From Lepidodermella squamata (lineage: Eukaryota > Animalia > Gastrotricha): 64,000 nucleotides of DNA. Where the stretch lies: positions 2,480,001 through 2,544,000 of the forward strand of contig JBLDXI010000019.1 in the NCBI GenBank assembly GCA_047495785.1, read 5' to 3'. Of the stretch, positions 24,101 through 36,100 are shown in pieces. Positions within the stretch are counted from its first letter, which is position 1; the number at the start of each line of letters is the position of its first letter. The position numbers and the translations under genes are program-made. The notes beneath the pieces are model-generated. The model did not search any database. It saw nothing but the letters and a program-made list of their open reading frames with translations, and was not told the DNA's origin.

Positions 24101-27100
24101 AATAATTTTGCCATTTTCTTAATTTTTTTCATGTATAGGCTACAATTTTATTGGTGCCAGTACGATTATGTGTCAGTTGAGTGGCGAATGGAGTGGAATT
24201 CCGCTTTGCGCACCCTTGCCGACCTCACCCGGCCAAACCACCTGGATGTCCGAACCCCCAACCCAGTGGCCACCCTACACCTTTGTCTATCAAACCCCGT
24301 TGGATACAACCCCTGGCGTCACCTCGACATTTCCTACCACAGAGTTACTTTCTCGAGAAACTGCAACATCCCAAACAAGTAAATTGAACTTTTCTGAAAA
24401 TTTTCAATTTTTTCAAATATTTTTCAAATAGATTGCGACCTCCCACCGACTATAAATGACGGCTTGGTCATCGGCCGATCACCCACACTTGGTCCTACAG
24501 CACCCGGTGCAAGCGTCGAATACGCTTGTATGGGTGATTACCAGATTTTCGGAAACTCTATCGTCCACTGCCTTCCAAATGGAATGTGGGAAATGCCGCC
24601 GGTTTGCGTTCCACCGACCTCTTCAACCGCAACCAGCAGTCCAACTACGACTAGTACCACAGAAAGCACTACAACAACTACTACGACTACAACAGAACCG
24701 CCGACTACAACAACCACAACTCCTCAACCAGCTCAGCGTAAGTAGAACTTGCGAAATTTACAACATAGGGGCGGATAAGTGATTTTTCGTAAAATTTTCA
24801 CGTAATTAGAGATGCATACCATATTAATCAGCGCATTGAGTTGAATCGATTGATACCAATCTCTAATCACGTGAAAAATTTCCGAAAAATCACTTAATTG
24901 ATGAGAAATCAATTTTTTTGAGTATGAACTTATTTTTGTGCGCGCACTTTTTATTTGCGTAATTAAGCGTTTTTTATTTTTCGCACACAGAATGTAGGAC
25001 ACCGCCTTCAATTCCAAACGGCGAGCTAATTTACATATTACCCCTGGAATACGCCGCCGAAAAAACGTACTACATCGGCACAGCCGCAACTTACGGCTGT
25101 ACGGTTGGTTATCGAATGATCGGCACCCCGACCGCGTATTGCGGCAATGACCTCACGTGGCACGGCGTCCCAGTCTGCGCGGCCGAACCAACAACGACCC
25201 AACTCGCAAAATGCCCGGCGCCACCGTTGGTACCAAACGGGTTCGTGATAACGAACTCAGCCCCGTCGGACGGCGAATTCAACCCAGGCTCATCAGTTCA
25301 GTACCAATGCAACCCGTCGTATCGCATGATCGGTTTCCCCAGAATTTTTTGCACCTTCGAACTGAAATGGGAGGGCGCACCGATTTGCGAATTTATCCCG
25401 CCGAATACGACTCAAGAGGAGACTACGACAGTGACTAGTTCCACTACAACTCCGGTTGTAACGACTACGACAACCATGGCGTCGATACCGGCGTTACCCG
25501 CTGTTTCGACCTGCCCATCGCCGCCACTGGTGAATTTTGCGACTTTGATAGCCGCCCCATCACCGCCGTATACAATGGGCACGATTGCTAGGTACGAATG
25601 CGCGCCTGGTTACGCGCTGTCAGGCCCGGATTCTGTCGTTTGTCTGCCGTATTCCGTTTGGTCGAAACCGCCCGAGTGTGTGGCGATGCCGACGACGACG
25701 ACGAGTACGACGCAGCGGACGACGACTACAACGGCGGCGGCTTATATCGCGCGGCAGGAGTGTACGGCGCCGCCGACGATTCCGTTCGGCACGTCTTCTG
25801 TCAGCGGCATGACAACTTCAAAATACGCACCAGGTATAATTTTATAAATTTTGATGGAGTGTAAAACCTTAGATGGATATGCTGACACGTTCTTTCTCGG
25901 CCGGAAATATGTGCAAGTGATATATACTGCGTTTATATAAAAGATTATATCGAATTAGCAAATGGCTAACTCATCTTTGTGTGAAACGAATTTGCAATAT
26001 TATCTGATCAAAAGGGTGTGCTTCAGTAGAAATTCAGGAATAGTTTGGTTGCTTAGAGTTTGATCGGTTTAAACAGCGATTCCTTATCAATGAAATGATT
26101 TCGGAAGATGATCGAAATCCTGATGATTTGGTTTTTTCCGGACCCCGATACCGTGTAAAAATGGAATATGATCGTCTACTCGGTCTATATTTTTGTGTAC
26201 GAGCTACAACATGGGCGCAGGCTCATCGCATCTCGATGGATCCACGAAAGCTTGTTGATACAACGTTTGCTCACACGCCTAAGATGTAAAGAAGAACCGC
26301 AGATGACCGGTTTGGTTCTTTCGGAGAGTTGTACTTGGTACAACCTCCAGTAGGCCGTATCTTCGTCTATTATTTCTTCAAGTCCCATTCAATTCACATG
26401 TATAAATAGAGGGCAGCGGCGTACTTATATCAATAGCAAAACGACACGAATATAAACTAATTTTGAGATGAAAGCCTACCATGGAAACGCGGTTCTTACT
26501 TGATGCACTTTCTTTGGCTAAAATCTAAAATGTTTAGGAAAAAATAGCTAGAAATAGTTGATGAAACTTTTAGAAGTAGCATGAAGCCATGGAAGTAATA
26601 TTTTATTTTCTCGAGCCATTAACTTAAATCGTATAATTTATACACTCCATCGGAATAATTAGCTGTTAGGTATCATTTTAATGTATCGGCTCAATCCCAA
26701 CTATGCCCCGATAGGTTTAGTATAAAGTGCGATAAGGTTGTAGTTATGTATTTCCTATTTGAGTCCATAGAATGTACGATAGAAAAACTATTGTATTTCT
26801 GTAGCGACTTTTCGAATGAAAGAAAGTGTAGCTGTAGCTGTCGTTCTGTTGCATATAAACCTCAGAGAAATCTGCCAGGCTACCCTTGGATTGGCGGGAA
26901 AATATCCTAGGAACACTAGCCACTCTCTATAAAAGAGCACGTTTTCAGGCCCATCTAAGTTTCCTCCACGGGCGCGCTCCTATTGACTGGCATTTTGTGC
27001 GCGCGCGATTTCATATTCAACGAGCGAAAGTTAGCCTTTATCATTCAACGAGCGCGTGGCGGAACAATTAGAGTGCATGCACGAAGGAAAATGTGCATAA

Positions 27101-30100
27101 AAAACCGGCCCAGAACAAGCAAAACAGTATATATTACGAATTATTAGGCAGGACCCAAATATAGGGCAGAACCGGAATAAAGGGCAGAGGGTAATGGTCA
27201 TTTGAAATGAAAAAGGGCAGAACCGTATTAATAGGCAGGGCCTTGTATGAGGTGGCTTACATGAGCGCCTGCTGGGTAAGTGGTTAACGTTGGATAGGTT
27301 GCGATCTTTCGTCAGTAATTGCACTAATCGTCGTTTATCCACCTTGATCCTCTTGAGCAAACACTTCACGCGTGTAGTCACAGGTGGAAGGCAGTAGCTA
27401 TAGTGGTTATTCGGCGGTTTCAACTGTTGATCTATGTACTCTTCAGTTTGACTGATTAGGTTCGAAAAATTTAAGGGCAGAACGGAAATAAGGGGCAGAC
27501 CCTAAATACTGGGCAGGACTTGAACCTCGTTTGGAAAAAAAATCAGGGCAGGGTCTTATAATTCGTAAAATACGTAAGTAATATTTTGGATTGTTTATCG
27601 AAATGCACAAAGCAAAGAAAGGTGCGAGAAAATATTACTTTGAAGGAATTTGTTGATGCCTTTGATTAGTAGAATATTTTCTACTGATTTTGTGGAATTC
27701 GAGAATTTGATGGATCGCCGCGAACTTGGCCGTGAAGCCGTCCGTTTATTACAGGGTCAAGAATTCAATGAAGTTAAATTCTTGGATCTACCTTGCTATG
27801 GGGTCGGATGGATCTTGGATAAGCTATTAAAAACCGTGAAAATTTCCAAATCGTCACATCCTGACCGTCGTTTCAAAGCCATAAAGATATTGGAAGAAGA
27901 AAAAATTATCACTGGGTGGGAAAGACATTGTCAGAAGGCTGAAGAGGCTTTTAATTCCTGGAAGCGAGATCCAAGATATCGGAATATGAAAATTCAAATG
28001 GACGATGGAAGTTGGCAGCGTCCCACTCTAGCGATGTTCTATACTATCGATCCAACATCTGTTTCACTTGAAAACTTGAAGAAAGAATATGTTCCCAACT
28101 TCGAGTATCTGACTGCAGGGCCGATGAAAGCTATCAATAAGTTCTATCACGAGCAAGAAGACTTCATTTTCAGACATTGTTTACCAATAATCGACCCAGA
28201 TTACAGCGGCTGTTACAAGATGGATGGGCGGTGGAAGTATAGTAATGGAATCCCAATTAATTACTTACAAGCCTTGATGAAAACTGCTAGTGGAATTCAT
28301 TTGTTGCAACTCTCTGTAATCGACCAACTTCAGCAAAATATAATCAAAGCCCTTGCTGCAAGGGTATACACTTGTTTACATTTTGATTACATCAGCCGTA
28401 AACGTGGACTGGGAAGTCTTCCTTCTGATGATGATCATGTTAAAGTGATACTGCGTCTTGTGATTATTTCTGCTAGAATCAAATTACTTATTCGAACTTA
28501 CGGGAGAAGCAGCGAATTATACTAGCGCTGGCTTCGCCTTTTGAATTTTCTCTGATTAAACCTAAGCCGTAACTGTGCCCTAGAGTGTCTCGTGAGTTGT
28601 GTAATTCTTTTCTGAATTCTAGTATTTTGGTGTTTTCGCCGAATTGAAGTTCACAAAATAGTTTCTCGGCCCTTCTCTATGATTTCAACGAATGAACACC
28701 GAAGCATTGAATTTGTATCAGTTCTGTATAGCTTTTTTTTTCGTGTCCTTGACAAATGCCATGATTTATGAGCTTTAACTTTAATCTTTTTTGTCCTCGC
28801 TGACGTTTTAGCGTTCGCGTTACTTGAAATATGTCGCCCGCTATTCTTCAACCTCTATTCTTTCATGTTCGCGATCGAACAGTGGCGAAATGGTCATAAG
28901 GGTCAAAGTGTCGTGGCGCCTACGTGGTCACTGCTAATGTAATAAAATCGTTGAATTCAGATTCTATTAACTTATTTAAATTGTGATGAGAATATGATTG
29001 GTCAGTTGATCGTTGCTGTGACTTCGGGATGAAACATTTCTGCCGTGCGATCCATTAAGAAATTATTTAATATTTATGTAAAAAATGACCTTGCCACTAG
29101 TCACACCCTCTGCACGCTTTCCATTGACCACGAAATCAATGGTATATACTGGTGTACTGGTAAAAACACTTGTTGCAAAGAATTTTTTCTATTCGCCTAT
29201 TGATTTCATCAAGTCCCATTCTATAAAACGGCTCGCATGTATAAATAGAGGGCAGCGGCGTACTTATATCAATAGCAAAACGACACGAATATAAACTAAT
29301 TTTGAGATGAAAGCCTACCATGGGAACGCGGTTCTTACTTGATGCACTTTCTTTGGCTAAAATGTTTGGGACAATTGCTAGGAGTATTTGATTAAACTGT
29401 GAGCAGTAACCTGAAGCCATTGTACTTATATTTTGTTTTCCATTAATTGAAGTCCTCGGAACTGTCGGAACATAACGGTATTATTTATTTACTCCATCGG
29501 AAATTCGTTGTTAGCTATAATTTTAACGGAATGTCTATTCGTACATAGTATGTACGCGAAAATTGCTATTCGTACATAGTTTCAAAATGAAATTTCTGGA
29601 ATCAATAACTATGTCAATTTGCATCCGATCAGTCTAATTTTTTGCGTGCACATAGCTGAGTATCAGGCCTATCACCCCCCAAAAGATCATGCATAGACAC
29701 CCTATGGAAGAGTCGCAAAGCTGCAAAATCTGATTTCAATTCTGGGAGGCTTACTATTGAACACTTTTGGTGATGAACCAACAAAATTCAGCGACTAAAT
29801 AGCTCTCACTTTGGTGCGTCCAACTGTAAAATTTCATGATGCTACCGTCAAATTTCGAATTGCCACACCGTGCTGAAAAATCGGGAAAAACTATGTACGA
29901 ATAGCAATTTCTGCGTACATAATTATGTACGAATAGCAATTTTCGCGTACATAGTTATGTACGAATAGCTTGACCCTAATTTTAATGTTTCGGCTCAATC
30001 CCAACCATGCCCTGATAGGTTTAGTGTAAAGTTTAATTGGGCTGTAATTTCTGTATTTCCTATTCGAGTCCGTAGAAAATACATTAGAAATACTGTATTT

Positions 30101-33100
30101 TTGTAGCTAAGTTTCGAATGCAACAAAGTGTAGATGTTGATGTCATTCTTTTGCGAAAAAACCTCTGTGAAATCCGCCGGGCTACCTCTGCTAGGCGGGG
30201 AAAAAACTTAGGAAACTTAAACCACTCTCTATAAAAAGTGCCCAAAACAGTATCAGTAATATTTCTGATCATTTATTGAAATTTACAAAGCATAGAAAGG
30301 TAGGAGAAAATAACGCCTAATTGAAACACATCGCCCAAATTTTAAATCCGCAGCCCAAAATGAATGTGCGTGTAGCGCATTGTGTGCGCAGCTCATTTTG
30401 ACCAAACGCAGCCCAAAATACGCAACCTGTAGCAGGATTTAAATGAATGCAGAGGGGTTTTTTTTATTCGCAACACTTCGAACAGTATATACTGTATTTA
30501 GTGTATTGTCGTTCGAAAATGGCACTTTCTACAAAAAATGCAATAATTTCCACGCGTTCGTAAATTCGCTATATTTTATATAGTATAAAGTGTATTTTTC
30601 CAGCACTTGATTTTTGAATCTGTGCAAAATGCAGAAATTATGCGCCATTCGTAAATGTGACTTTGTTTATCGGGCGAAATCGGTGTGGAGGGTTCGACTC
30701 CTCGTGGGGTCAAGCCATTTTTTTGTTTTAATTTTTGCCCCGGCACTTTTTATGCGCACAAGCAGCCCCATTTCTACACTTTGCACACTTTTTCTGGCTG
30801 TATTATTTGTAGGAAAAATAGGGCTGTATTTTCTGTATTTTTTATTCGAATCCGTAGAAAATACTGGAGAAATACAGTATTTCTGTAGCGAATTTTCGAA
30901 TGCGAAAAACTGTAGCTGTAGCTGTATTTTCTGTTGCGAATAAAAAAAAACCCCTCAGCGCCATTTAAGAAGCGCGCCGCACAAAGACTTAACACGTGAA
31001 GACTTTCTCAAATGTTTCAAAAATGCGATAGAGAAGTCACTTGTTACAAGTATTTTCGCACATACAAGCGGCCGGGCAGTGTTTGATGAGCCAGGAGAAA
31101 AATATCTTGTGAATTTCGACCGGTGGCGGCCGGCTGGTTTTCCATTGCTAGGCCCGCCAACGCAAAACAGGGTCGACAGCCGGTTATAGGTACTGGTTGC
31201 ACGTGAGCAACCGCTGGCTATTATAAGGGCAGAATTGGTGTGAGGTGTTCGAACGGCGCCACATGGCCTCCACCAGCTGCCGTGTTTTTTACCTCGCACC
31301 TCGCACGGGTTGTTCTTATGACTAATGCCAAGGGGTTTAGTGTTACCCACAAGGGGCTGTAGCGCCACGGATTGCCGGGTGTGCCACGCGCTACTATCAG
31401 TTTTTTCATGCTATCCTGGCCCATTGACCCACGCGCAGCAGCAATCGCGTCGAATGATATTCAACAGGTGATAACCGCGCGAATAAATAAAACGAAGTGC
31501 GCTTTCATACATATTTATGTATGAAATTTTTCCCTTTCATACATATTTATGTATGAAATTTTTCCCTTTCATACATATTTATGTATGACAAAATTAACTT
31601 TCATACATATTTATTTTTCATAAAATCGTGTTTTTTAGCCAAGCAGTGATTAGGAATTGGGGATGGGGGTTAGGGTTAGGTGCCAGGGTTCGGGTTAGGG
31701 TTAGGGTTAGGTTTAGGGTTTGGTTAGGTCTCACGGTTAAGATTTAGGGTTAGGGTAGTTCGAGTTTCGGGTTTCTTCAAAGTTCGATTTTTTGGCCCTT
31801 GCGCTTCCCCAATAACCATTTTCATGCGGAAAAAATTGACTACGCTTTCGGAACCCCGTTTTTCTTTCACATAAACAGAAATCTAGTCATCTGGCATTTC
31901 CCTAATGTTTTCAGCTCGAATTTAATGAAAATGAATATGTATGAAAGGGAAAAATTTCATACATATTTATGTATGAAAGTTGGCACCCTAAATAAAATTA
32001 AAGCCTATAAAAATCGCGTGTCCGTGAATCCAGCTTTACAAAGTAAACATTTGGGCTGCACACCTTAAAATTGAGCGCGGGATTAAGAATTGCTGCGTGT
32101 GCTGCAGGTTTCAAAATTGGGCGAAAAAATGCGGTGCGCTAGAGAATATTAGAATGATGGAATGATGTTTGTGCCTTTGATTAGTGGAATTTCTTCTGAT
32201 GTTCTGGATTTAGAGCTTTAATGAATCGCGACTATATTTGCCGTGAAGCTGTCCTTTTATTAGAGGGTCAAGACTTCAAAGATGTTAAATTGGTGGATCA
32301 ACCTTGTCATGGAGTTGGATGGATCATTGATAAACTGTTCAAAACCGACAGATTAGTTCGTCGTTTAGCAGTCGTTACGTCGTTTGACCGTCGTTTCAAA
32401 GCCATAAAGATATTGAAAGAAGCAAAAATTCTCGCTGGGTGGGAAGGTCATTGCCAGCAGGCTGAAAAATCTTTCAAATCATGGAATAATGATCCAGAGA
32501 ATCGGACGAAGACATTTCAAATGGAGGATGGAAGTTGGCAGCGTCCTACTCTAGCGGCATTCTATGCCATTGCGTTTGAGGTTGTCGATGGAGATCTTCC
32601 TCGCAATTATAATTTTACGGTCGCCGTTCCCAGCCTGGAATATCTGACTGAAGGGCCGATGAAACCTATCAAAGAGTTTTATCTTATGCAAGAAGACTTC
32701 ATTTTCACGCATTGTTTACCCAATATTGATCCAGACTCCAAGGACTGCTGCAAAATTGATGGACGGTGGACGTATAGTGACGGAAACCTAATTGATTACT
32801 TGCAAGCCTTGATGATAACTGCTAGGGGAATTAATTTGTTGCGACCATCTATAATTGACCAACTTCAGAAAAACATAATCAACGCCCTTTTTGCAAGGGT
32901 ATACTGCTTATTAGAGTATGAATATATCAGACATAAAGGTGGACTGGGAAGTCTTCCTTCTGATGATGATCATGTTAAAGTGATAGTGCGTCTTGTGATT
33001 ATTTCTGCTAGAATCAAATTACTTTTTCAAACTTACGGGAGAAGCAGCGACTGCTATAAAATCACGTGAAGCTGCTATTAAAGCTGGCCGCTGGCCTCCG

Positions 33101-36100
33101 CTGTTAAATTTGCACTGATCGTTCTACACTGATTATTCTTTATGATTTATTCTTTCACGTTCGCGATTGAACAGTGGCGAAATGTCACAGTTGACACAAT
33201 CTTTTACCTTATAATAAATATATTTCCCCTAGGAGTCCCGCGCGGTCTATATCATGTTTATCTCTTGCTGTAAACTCGTTTCTATAGTCTATTTTTCTTG
33301 CGAAACATTTTATTTCGGCCAGCTGTATTGTATTGTTTGATTGGAAGCATCCAAAAATATATTTTATTCGCAACCAAGCTTCAACGATGGCAAAGAGGGA
33401 CTGCTGCGAATAATCGCCCGATTTATATTACTGCTTTTGAACTCAGCAAAAAAATCAATAGATTCCCCACGAAAAATCCGTTGCAAGTTATTTCTAGCAG
33501 CTGTGTGAGATTTGCTATCCCGTTACTTTAGCTTTAGCACCCGCCTAGCTTGAAAATAGAGAATAAAACAGCGTTTCCCTGAACAGAAATGGTGATGTTT
33601 ATGGGGGTTTACGCAAAATAAAATATGTCGTAATGAAAATATATTACGTTTTTCGTTTTGCATTGTATGAGGCTTTCTCGACTAGCGAATCATTCTACTC
33701 TGATTTCTAGGTAGCGCTGTTGTTTACACCTGCGCTGGAGGTTACGCCCTAATCGGCACGCCAATCGTCCTCTGCGCCGTGAACGGCCAATGGTCGACGC
33801 CGCCCAACTGCGTGCCGCAGCAAAACGCGCCGAACGCAAGAACCGGCATGGACATACCGCGCCGCATGTGCTCCGAACCGCCCGCCATTCTTCACGGCTA
33901 CCGGTCCAGTCAATCAATTGCCGACGCCTCGATAGGCTGGCAAACCGGCGACTCATTCGACATCGACTGCTTCCCGCCCTACGTGAGACTCGGCCGGGGC
34001 AAGGCGGTCTGCTCAGAGGCTGGGACTTGGTCAACCATGCCGCAATGCACCAGGGCGAATCCGATCCCAAGCCAGGCCTACGCGATGGCCCATCGCCCGA
34101 AATCAGCGCCTGTCAACCAGTTGGCCCACCACCGGTTTCGGCAGAAATTCGTCGAGCAGCAGCAGCATTTGGCTCAGCAGGTTAGGCAGGAATCTGCCTC
34201 AATGGGTTGCCAGCAACCACCTGCAGTCGACCATGCTGTTGCTGTGCTGAGGTCCGGCTCTGCGCATAACCCTGGAACAGCTTATCTGTACATTTGTGAG
34301 CCGCCGTATAAGTTGAGGGGTTCGCCTACGGTTATTTGTTCGTCGAATGGCCAATGGTCGGCGGTTCCGGTTTGCGAGGAGAGTGACGAGCCAGATTCGG
34401 AGGAGGAGAATAACGAGGAGATTACGCCGGATTATGAGACAACGCGGACTACGCCTACTCTTTGTAAGTTGATTTTAAGTTGCTGGTTGAAAAAAGTCCC
34501 ACCCCGGAAATTGAAGCTTCCTGGTCTATGGATTTATTTTTATTAAATCTCGATTTTAGGACTCGAAATGAGTAAGAAAACTGAAACAATTGTTATTTAG
34601 TCTAAAGTAGATTAGTTTTTCCTAAATCGTTTATTCGTAAGCAATCAGCAGGCCCGTAACTATAGTAAGGAGCAGAGATGAGAAGAAGGCAATTAGGAAA
34701 GCAATGATATCCATGAAATCGATGACCTTGATCTTCCAAGGTGTCACCTTGCGTTTCAAAAATTTCGGAGCCCTTTCACCATCCGCTAGGCGGCATGTCA
34801 CTAAGCAGTAGACAGTCGTACAAACGCCAATTGTGATTTCAGCCCCGAAATTGAATGCCAGCAGAATGGTTTCTGGAGTCTTTGGAATATGATCAGTTAC
34901 AACGCTTAGCAGGAAAGATAGTCATGGAAAAAGCTGGCCGGTCTGGCATTTCAGCTGGTATGAGGAAAACCGTGAGCTGCAGAACGTCGAGAAGAATCAT
35001 AGGTAGAAATAGGGATGAGATGTAGCAGTTTGCTCTTCGTCTGATGACGAAAAAGAATTGAACAGATCTGCTTTTGTTTCCAAACTTGAAGTATTTGTCC
35101 TCGAGTGCCCATGTATCTGTTGGGGAGAAGCCGTCGTCATCGGCAGCGTCATCCGTTAGCCCAGCGTCTTCTTCGACATACGCGAAATATGCATCATCGA
35201 TACTGATATCGTTTTTCTCGCGAGAATTGGCTCCTCCAATTGTGATGGAGCAAGTCTGAGTGTCGAAAGGGAACCTTTGAAAGGAAATAAACAAAGTTTC
35301 AGAAAATTTACGGACGAGGGACCAGAAAGTCTAAAAGGGAGACGAAGCCGAATCTCATGGGCAGAAAAATGTAGAATTATACTAATTGCTGCTAATGGCT
35401 GCTGCTGATGTATGACAGTATGATGCACGAAATCATTATAATGGCTGTTAGGTTTGACACCGGATGATGGAAAAGGAATAAAAAATCCGTTATCATCGTG
35501 GATTATTTCAAACTAAATAAACCATACGGAAACATGGCACTGGACCCCCTAACTTGGTGTTCACACTTGGCAGACCCAATGGAGAACTTACTTTCTCAAC
35601 TGCAACGAACAAACTGAATCGAACTGAGAGAAGATAGAGATAGCTGCTTCGCTGAATTCATTTACAACAGTGGCTCTTGTGTCAGGCGGCCTGTATCGGG
35701 TCATGGTCAGATTTCTGGTCTATAAATGAAGGCCCTAAAACTCACAATTCAAAAGGGTTGTTGATACCGACTCGATTGACGTGTTGCAGTCTTGGTGTCC
35801 AAATTTGATCCATTGTTCGATATTTGCACTGCTTCGGGGCTGTATGATTGGCGACACTGCTCGACGGCCACGTTGCGCAGGGCGGCATTGGCCACGTGAT
35901 GTAAAACTCGCCTTGCATTGAGAAAACTTGATCGACGTCGTTGATGCCGACAAACGCAAGCGGCTGAAACCTAATAGTCATCCCTACCGGCGAATCTTCG
36001 CCAATCGCTGGCCTTGCGTCGGGATTGCGTAGGTATGGGCATGTTGTTTGGAGATTCTTGCAAAACGCCTCAATCGGTGTTACTTCGTCCTTCTTAAACT

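Larger units (their letters stand above)
26381..28892 (+). repeat. Tandem duplication unit 1 (upstream flank, orphan ORF, 3' flank)
   Basis: ATGTATAAATAGAGGGCAGCGGCGTACTTATATC... is shared with 29236 onward; TTCGCGAT.GAACAGTGGCGAAATG is shared with 33160-33184. Confidence 0.8.
29212..33184 (+). repeat. Tandem duplication unit 2, expanded by nested MITE insertions
   Basis: Colinear with unit 1 apart from insertions at 29527-29976 and about 30315-32140. Confidence 0.8.

Noticed and set aside
24020-24110. AATTAATC-type repeats as an array or CRISPR
   Set aside because: Low-complexity AT-rich intron sequence with no repeat-spacer structure, in a eukaryotic context.
31670-31755. Telomere or chromosome-fusion scar
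   Set aside because: Short, degenerate, single orientation, and enclosed by TIRs with a 9-bp TSD.
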